From NCBI GenBank assembly GCA_963709405.1, contig CAVPXM010000021.1:47315-71314 (forward strand): a stretch of DNA of 24,000 nucleotides. The letters run 5' to 3'. The notes below the pieces were generated by a model that was not told the DNA's origin, searched no databases, and saw only the letters and a list, made by a program, of their open reading frames with translations. Shown in pieces: positions 18,778 to 24,000 of the stretch. A program made the translations under genes and the position numbers. Each line of letters begins with the position of its first letter. The stretch's first letter is position 1. Source of the stretch: an uncultured Nitrososphaerales archaeon. GTDB taxonomy: Archaea; Thermoproteota; Nitrososphaeria; Nitrososphaerales; Nitrososphaeraceae.

Positions 18778-19965
18778 GGTACTGGAAGCTGCAGAAGGCC
18801 GCATCCACCAAAAGGATATAGCACTCGAGCCCACAATAGCTTTTTCCAATCTTATTTCTTCTCTTACAATTTTGTATCTTTATCATTAACGAGTCGCCAT
18901 CAGTTGTTTATACGTAGCTGTCCATAGCTAGTAATGTTGAGCTAGGCTCTTCTGTGTGGGTCTTTAAACAATGTACTGCAAGTTTCTAGGAACCAATTTG
19001 TGTAGATTCTCCCTGATTGCAATATTGTTTTCAATATGATCCTTTTTTGTGTCATATTCTATTAATAGTAATATAGGCCTAGACAATCCATAATAGTTTT
19101 TGAACTTCTTTATTGTGATGCTATCACCTGCCTCAGGAGTTATTATTTTATATTACACCGTATCGACTGCGGATGCATAGACCAATTGTTATCGTTAAAC
19201 TCTTACCAATACCTGGTTACGGTCTATTAAGAAATCTTTAACTCGATCTGCTTCAAGCCATTGCAACAAAAATATAGAGTATGATCTAATGAAGCATATG
19301 CCAAACCATGGGGAATATGATTCAAATTCGATGCAATGGTATTGCAATTATTGGATGACTAAAGAAGAATGGCTGGATATTCATGATTATGCTCCAGTAG
19401 ACGTCGTACCGAAAGAACAAAAGACAGAACAATTCTAGCCTCTACCCACTCATTTCCTAAATGTGATGTTGGGTCAAGGCTCTAACCAAAAAGCATCCTC
19501 TAATGAAGCAATACTAAATTTCAACATTCAAGGCTATGACTTGTTATTCACTTTTGGCACCCAAAGAATTTTCTTGCAAACAACCGGAATTTTAGTATCA
19601 CTAGGTTTGCTGACTTAACTTTGGACATGAACTCAGGTGCATAGAAAATAACGAGGTGGGCATATTGCGAAGATATATGCACTGGATTATTTCTAGTCCA
19701 TTTCAATGCTAAATTTTTAACCGTTCTCCAATGCAACGCAGCTATAGATTATTTGATCATGAGTGAGATAATCGTCGACATATTGACCACCTTATGCTAT
19801 TAACAGAAAATAAGTTTGTTCGTTTACACTGTGTCTAGAGCACAAGGAATTTTCATTGGGGCGTTCAACCGGGAGTCTGTTATTAGGTGAGATTGGGTGA
19901 ACAACGTTGGCTAAGAACTCAATTACCTCACACTACCGTATCATCACCATACTTGTACAATAACT

Positions 19966-21508
19966 TCACGACGGTTCAGTGTGTACTATGACTCTAGAAG
20001 CTCCTGTCTCCTTAACTATCAAATTCTGAACAGCAGTAGCAATTCTGTGTGCATCCTCTATCGTAGTAATGCTACCATCGGGTAATGATTCAATCCTTAT
20101 TGTCAAAGTTATGTGAATATCGCCATTAATGTCTATTACTCCGATATCCTCACAATTAATAACTCCTGAGACTGAATAGGCTGCCCTTCGAATGTTCTCT
20201 AAGTATGCAGCATTTACTTTTTTTTCAATGCCCATTGTTATGTTTTTGGTGATCTCGGATTCTATGTGTGTTGTAATATTCAATATTTCAGGAATTTCAG
20301 CTTTGATCCGTCTTTCAAATTCGTCTACTATTCTGTGTGCAGTTTTTAGATCTAGCGTATTGGTCATCTGTACGTCTAAATAGAGATGGAGTAATATTGT
20401 ATCCTTATTATTGCTGCTCGAATTCCAATTCGGGAATTTATCATGCATTAACCTGTATTGTTGACCGAGATCAGGATTTAGGATTCTTGAAACGTAAATG
20501 GAATGAATATTAGCAATCCCATCGGTTTCAGCCGCGATGAGTCTTATCCTATCACTTATTGTCTCATTACCCGATTCTATCGCATCTACGTGCACTAGAA
20601 CATCCGAATTCGGGAATGCGTCTCTGATCTTGTTTTCTACCTTCGTTGCTACCTTGTGCGCCGTTGCATGAGTAAGTGTTCTTGGGACTTCTATGTGCAT
20701 ATCAACAAAGTCCTTCGTTCCTATTCTTCTAACACGTATATCATGTGCGCTATCTACACCCTCTAGCCCGGAAACTGTCTCTAATACACGTTGATAGGCT
20801 CCTTTGGGAGCTTTGTCTAATAATATGTCAAGTGTTCTCCTGCCTAGTCCCAACGAAGTATAAATTATCAGAGCTCCTAGAATCAGAGCAACATAGGCAT
20901 CGATATTTGCTATAGGAAATATCGATGCCAATATCAGACCGATGATGACGATTCCAGATGAAAACATATCTGCCTTAAAATGGATAGCATCAGCTTCTAA
21001 CGCTTGACTACCAAATGTTCTTGCAGTCTTGTTCAATGTACGATATCTTAAAAAATCTACGCAAACTGATATGAACATGATTCCAAAGGAAAATATAGTG
21101 ATCTCCGGTTTTACAGTCCTAAAGAATATTCGATCTGAGAGCTTCATAAAACACCCAGCTAGCAGTAGCAAACAGCAGAGCAATTTGAACAAAACTTGAA
21201 ATACTTTCAAATTTTGCATATCCATATGTGTACTTCGTATCAGGAGGGCGTGCAACCATATGGATGGCATACAGCGTCACGATAGCTGCAATTACGTCTA
21301 GCCCGGAGTGCATCGCCTCAGTTAATATGCCAAGACTGTTTGTTGAAACTCCGACCAAAAATTTTAAAACAGTTAGACCTACCGAGACTAAGATCGAGGT
21401 CAACGCCACTTTAAATTTAATACCAAACATGTCCCCATCTTTAACTGGAGCATCTACTGTCCCAACGTTGTCTTCGTGACCCTCGTGATACTTGTCTTCC
21501 TCAACCAC
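19966..21508 (-). pseudogene. cation diffusion facilitator (CDF) metal transporter with three tandem C-terminal cytoplasmic domains, split by a 1-nt frameshift near 21131-21145
   Basis: ORF 21119-21508 encodes a His-rich N-terminus plus TM1-3 (HSGLD site in TM2, PPDTKYTYGYAKFE). ORF 19966-21270, from ...DRIFFRTVKPE onward, encodes TM4-6 (HFKAD site in TM5) plus three ZT_dimer-like repeats. The two frames overlap and join at WVFYEAL/DRIFF. Confidence 0.85.
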
Positions 21509-21636
21509 GATTAAAGTAAGAATTAGTTTATTGACTTATATAGATTACCTGTCAGGTGAATGCTTGTTAATCTGTGCATGGTAGAGTCATGCGTCATGAG
21601 TTATAACCGTAAATAGCTACTAGTGAGCAGTTCTAG

Positions 21637-22566
21637 TTATTTGATTTGTCCTATATTTCTTAATTCCTTCTCGGTCCAGTTAATCAGGGACTGCAAGTCT
21701 TTCGCCATAAAGTCTACTCCTATATGCTCAGATAGTGATTCTAATTCTGGGATAGTCATTGTCACTATCCTAAGTTTCCCTTTTAACCTGTCCTTGATCG
21801 AAACCGCAGCGGTGGTCAAGAACCTTAATGAGCTTTCTTTCGAGGAGCAAATAATCACAACCATTAAGCCTATCTTGTTGCTCCATGACTTAAGAATAAA
21901 ACGTTGGAAGTCAATATCGAAGAATGGATCGAGTTGGCCTTCTACGTTACCTATATAAATTGAAAGGCCACCAAGCATCTGATACGCGAGAGCTCCAAGT
22001 TTTGCATTATAAGTTGCGTCTTCAGAACCGGCTACTGACATTGCGAAAATATCTTGGTTTATACTATCTCTAGTTAGATTAAATTTCAAAAGCTCTGAGA
22101 TTTCCATAATCACATTGATTAGATAGATTTTTTCAGTCTTACCGAGTTTGCTTCTATCGTAAAGTTCATTTATTGTGTTTAAGGTTGGCAGAATTACATC
22201 TAACAGGATTTTTACTTTATCTGCTTGCGAATTAACCACATTCATTATGATCTTTCGGGCAGAATCTTCATTACCAACTAATATTGCACCCATAAATCTC
22301 TGCTGAATTTCAAAATATTCCATAGGGTATGCAAAATCTGCTGCTCCTTGCTCGAGTGACCACACATTTACTGAACCTATCTTCTTTTTTTTTATTAATC
22401 CTATGATATAGAGCAAATCCAAATACTTAGTGATTGTCATTCTATTTATCCCAGTTTTATGCGCTAACTCTATCCCAGACATTCCTGTGTTATCGCTCAG
22501 CAGCACATTAATGACGCGACGCTTAACTTCGTCTAATGTATATCGTCTGTACATTGGGCTGCTCAA
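21637..22566 (-). CDS. winged-HTH regulator fused to a B12-binding-like module (helical cap plus Rossmann-like domain) lacking the His ligand motif
   Basis: 309 aa. The N-terminal wHTH is MSGIELAHKTGINRMTITKYLDLLYIIGLIKKKKIG. The middle part matches the B12-binding_2 cap pattern (FMGAILVGNEDSARKII...VILPTLNTINELYDRSKL). The C-terminal part is a flavodoxin-like fold. Where the DxHxxG motif is expected it reads GSEDATYNAKLG. Confidence 0.65.
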   Translation of the reverse strand: MSSPMYRRYTLDEVKRRVINVLLSDNTGMSGIELAHKTGINRMTITKYLDLLYIIGLIKKKKIGSVNVWSLEQGAADFAYPMEYFEIQQRFMGAILVGNEDSARKIIMNVVNSQADKVKILLDVILPTLNTINELYDRSKLGKTEKIYLINVIMEISELLKFNLTRDSINQDIFAMSVAGSEDATYNAKLGALAYQMLGGLSIYIGNVEGQLDPFFDIDFQRFILKSWSNKIGLMVVIICSSKESSLRFLTTAAVSIKDRLKGKLRIVTMTIPELESLSEHIGVDFMAKDLQSLINWTEKELRNIGQIK

Positions 22567-22588
22567 GTTTAAAGCATGTTAAAACCTT

Positions 22589-23299
22589 TTAGAGATTTTT
22601 GTTTCCATAACGCCGCACTTGAGAAATTAGTTTGGTAATTGCGTCAAAAGCTCTTCCTACATCATTCATCTTTACAATCATTATTGTATCAGTATGACAG
22701 CTTACGGTATCTTCTATGTTAATGTGTCTCCTGGAAATTTGATTGTAGAACGCAATAGCGCAGCCAGGTGTTTTAATAATTTGTTCTGGACTGTGAACTA
22801 TGATCGCTGCTAAATCCTCATCAATTTCCAAAATATCATAACTTGCAAATAGGTCTCTTACGGAATTTAACAGATTATCGTCAAATACCAGAGTTATTGA
22901 TGAGATACTTTCAGAAACACTTATGAAGCTATTTACGTTCTTTGTGAGTGCCTTGGCTACTTTCTCTACCGTTCTCTTGCTCTTAACTGTGGAGATCTTG
23001 GCAACATCGGTTTTAACACTAATCGTACTTCCAAGTAAGATTGAAGAAATTAACTTGTCACGAATATGATAAAATTTTCTTGCCCTTTTTATAGCCGTGA
23101 CGACGCTCTCCATATTCGCTCTCCTTCCTAGCAATCTTTCGATTTCAGGTTTGATCACTCTTGCGAGACCGCTAAAATTACAATAGTCATTTTGAAGAGA
23201 GTCTTGATAAGACAGGTCAGTAGCAATGATGTCATTTACAATACTAGTTATCGATTTTTGGTTGACCAAGGCTGGTCTGATATACATTATTTTGGTCAT
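22589..23299 (-). CDS. ACT-domain-containing putative amino-acid-responsive regulator
   Basis: 236 aa with two ACT-like beta-alpha-beta-beta-alpha-beta units (ISVKTDVAKIS..., AAIIVHSPEQIIKTPGCAIAFYNQISRRHINIEDTVSCHTDTIMIVKMNDVGRAFDAI). It is divergent from argG. The real start may be ATG 23287 (MYIRP...), given the spacing from the A/T box. Confidence 0.55.
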   Translation of the reverse strand: MTKIMYIRPALVNQKSITSIVNDIIATDLSYQDSLQNDYCNFSGLARVIKPEIERLLGRRANMESVVTAIKRARKFYHIRDKLISSILLGSTISVKTDVAKISTVKSKRTVEKVAKALTKNVNSFISVSESISSITLVFDDNLLNSVRDLFASYDILEIDEDLAAIIVHSPEQIIKTPGCAIAFYNQISRRHINIEDTVSCHTDTIMIVKMNDVGRAFDAITKLISQVRRYGNKNL

Positions 23300-23322
23300 C
23301 CTTGACCAAAAAATATAAATGT
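23291..23322. promoter_or_regulatory. divergent promoter: 8-4-8 palindrome TTTGGTCA-TCCT-TGACCAAA abutting a single A/T box (AAAAATATAAAT)
   Basis: The whole ACT-gene/argG intergenic space is 48 bp. The A/T box centre (about 23316) lies 32 nt from argG ATG 23348 and 29 nt from ATG 23287 on the other strand. The perfect palindrome covers 23291-23310. Confidence 0.4.
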
Positions 23323-23347
23323 AGTGTCATTAGTGGGAACGCCTGAT

Positions 23348-24000
23348 ATGGCAAATAACAGAGTTGTACTAGCATACTCTGGTGGGCTGGATACCTCGGT
23401 TTGCGTACGTTACTTGCAAAAGCTGAATAAACTAGACGTTATTACGCTTACTATAGACTGTGGTCAGAATGAGGACTTTGCCGGACTGGAACAAAGGTCG
23501 ATGTCATTAGGTGCTATTAAACACATACATATTGATGCCAAAGAGGAATTCGCTGCAGATTATATTTCTCCATCTATACGAGCAAACGGGCTCTATCAAG
23601 GCAAATATCCACTTGCAACTGCGCTCGCAAGACCTTTAATAGCAACAAAGCTCGTGGAAACCGCGCATCAAGAAGACGCGATGGCTGTTGCCCATGGTTG
23701 TACCGGAAAGGGAAATGACCAGATTCGGTTTGATGTAACGATTCGAAGTCTAGATCCAAGCTTGAGCATAATCGCTCCTATCAGAGATATGAATTTGACA
23801 CGGGATATTGAATTAAAATTTGCAAAGGAAGAGAATATTCCGATATCATTCGATGCGAGGAAATATAGCGTTGATTCCAATTATTGGGGAAGGGCAGTTG
23901 AAGGAGGCATACTAGAAGACTCTTATTGCGAGCCTCCCGACGACGTGTTTCATTTTGTTGGATCAGATGGAAACGATCCGGTTTACATAGAAATAGGCTT
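23348..24000 (+). CDS. argG: argininosuccinate synthase (5' partial, continues beyond the window)
   Basis: The frame is open from ATG 23348 to the window edge, so it is absent from the stop-delimited track. It carries MANNRVVLAYSGGLDTSV (N-type ATP pyrophosphatase motif) and AHGCTGKGNDQIRF. Confidence 0.93.
   Translation, partial: MANNRVVLAYSGGLDTSVCVRYLQKLNKLDVITLTIDCGQNEDFAGLEQRSMSLGAIKHIHIDAKEEFAADYISPSIRANGLYQGKYPLATALARPLIATKLVETAHQEDAMAVAHGCTGKGNDQIRFDVTIRSLDPSLSIIAPIRDMNLTRDIELKFAKEENIPISFDARKYSVDSNYWGRAVEGGILEDSYCEPPDDVFHFVGSDGNDPVYIEIG

Noticed and set aside
19548-19736. 62-aa minus-strand ORF in the gene-poor region
   Set aside because: It has no motif, odd composition and no promoter box. 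It is kept only as part of the gene-poor-region observation.

Overview
AT-rich chromosomal segment from an ammonia-oxidising archaeon (Nitrososphaerota/Thaumarchaeota). AmoA and AmoB are unmistakable. From memory, not from a search, the AmoA sequence looks group I.1a / Nitrosopumilales-like. All calls come from reading the translated ORFs and the raw sequence; no homology search was possible.

Gene order:
- hypothetical membrane protein (-)
- stand-alone radical SAM protein (+)
- small membrane ORF (-)
- decayed IS transposase (-)
- frameshifted small secreted/anchored protein (-)
- tight operon uS15 / RecJ-Cdc45-like / Pcc1-like / SerRS (+)
- amoB (-), divergent from amoX-amoA (+), with no amoC in the window
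- two-subunit 2-oxoacid:ferredoxin oxidoreductase (-), preceded by an unlisted 48-aa, 9-Cys mini-ORF
- pdxS-pdxT (+)
- tRNA-Leu(UAA) with two introns (-)
- tRNA-Thr(GGU) (+)
- CBS-pair gene with a 1-nt frameshift (-)
- zinc-ribbon protein with a Lys-rich tail (+)
- about 1.2 kb of gene-poor DNA
- frameshifted CDF metal transporter with three tandem C-terminal domains (-)
- wHTH + B12-binding-like regulator (-)
- ACT-domain protein (-), divergent from argG (+, runs off the window)

This is mostly core metabolism and information processing, not an obvious accessory or defence island. I found no CRISPR array, rRNA or recognisable defence system.

Most worth a second look:
- the Cys-rich micro-protein next to OFOR
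- the triple-CTD CDF sitting beside a His-less B12-like regulator
- the split amo locus with separate promoters
- the doubly-interrupted tRNA-Leu
- four independently frame-disrupted genes in 24 kb, which is either genome decay or homopolymer assembly error
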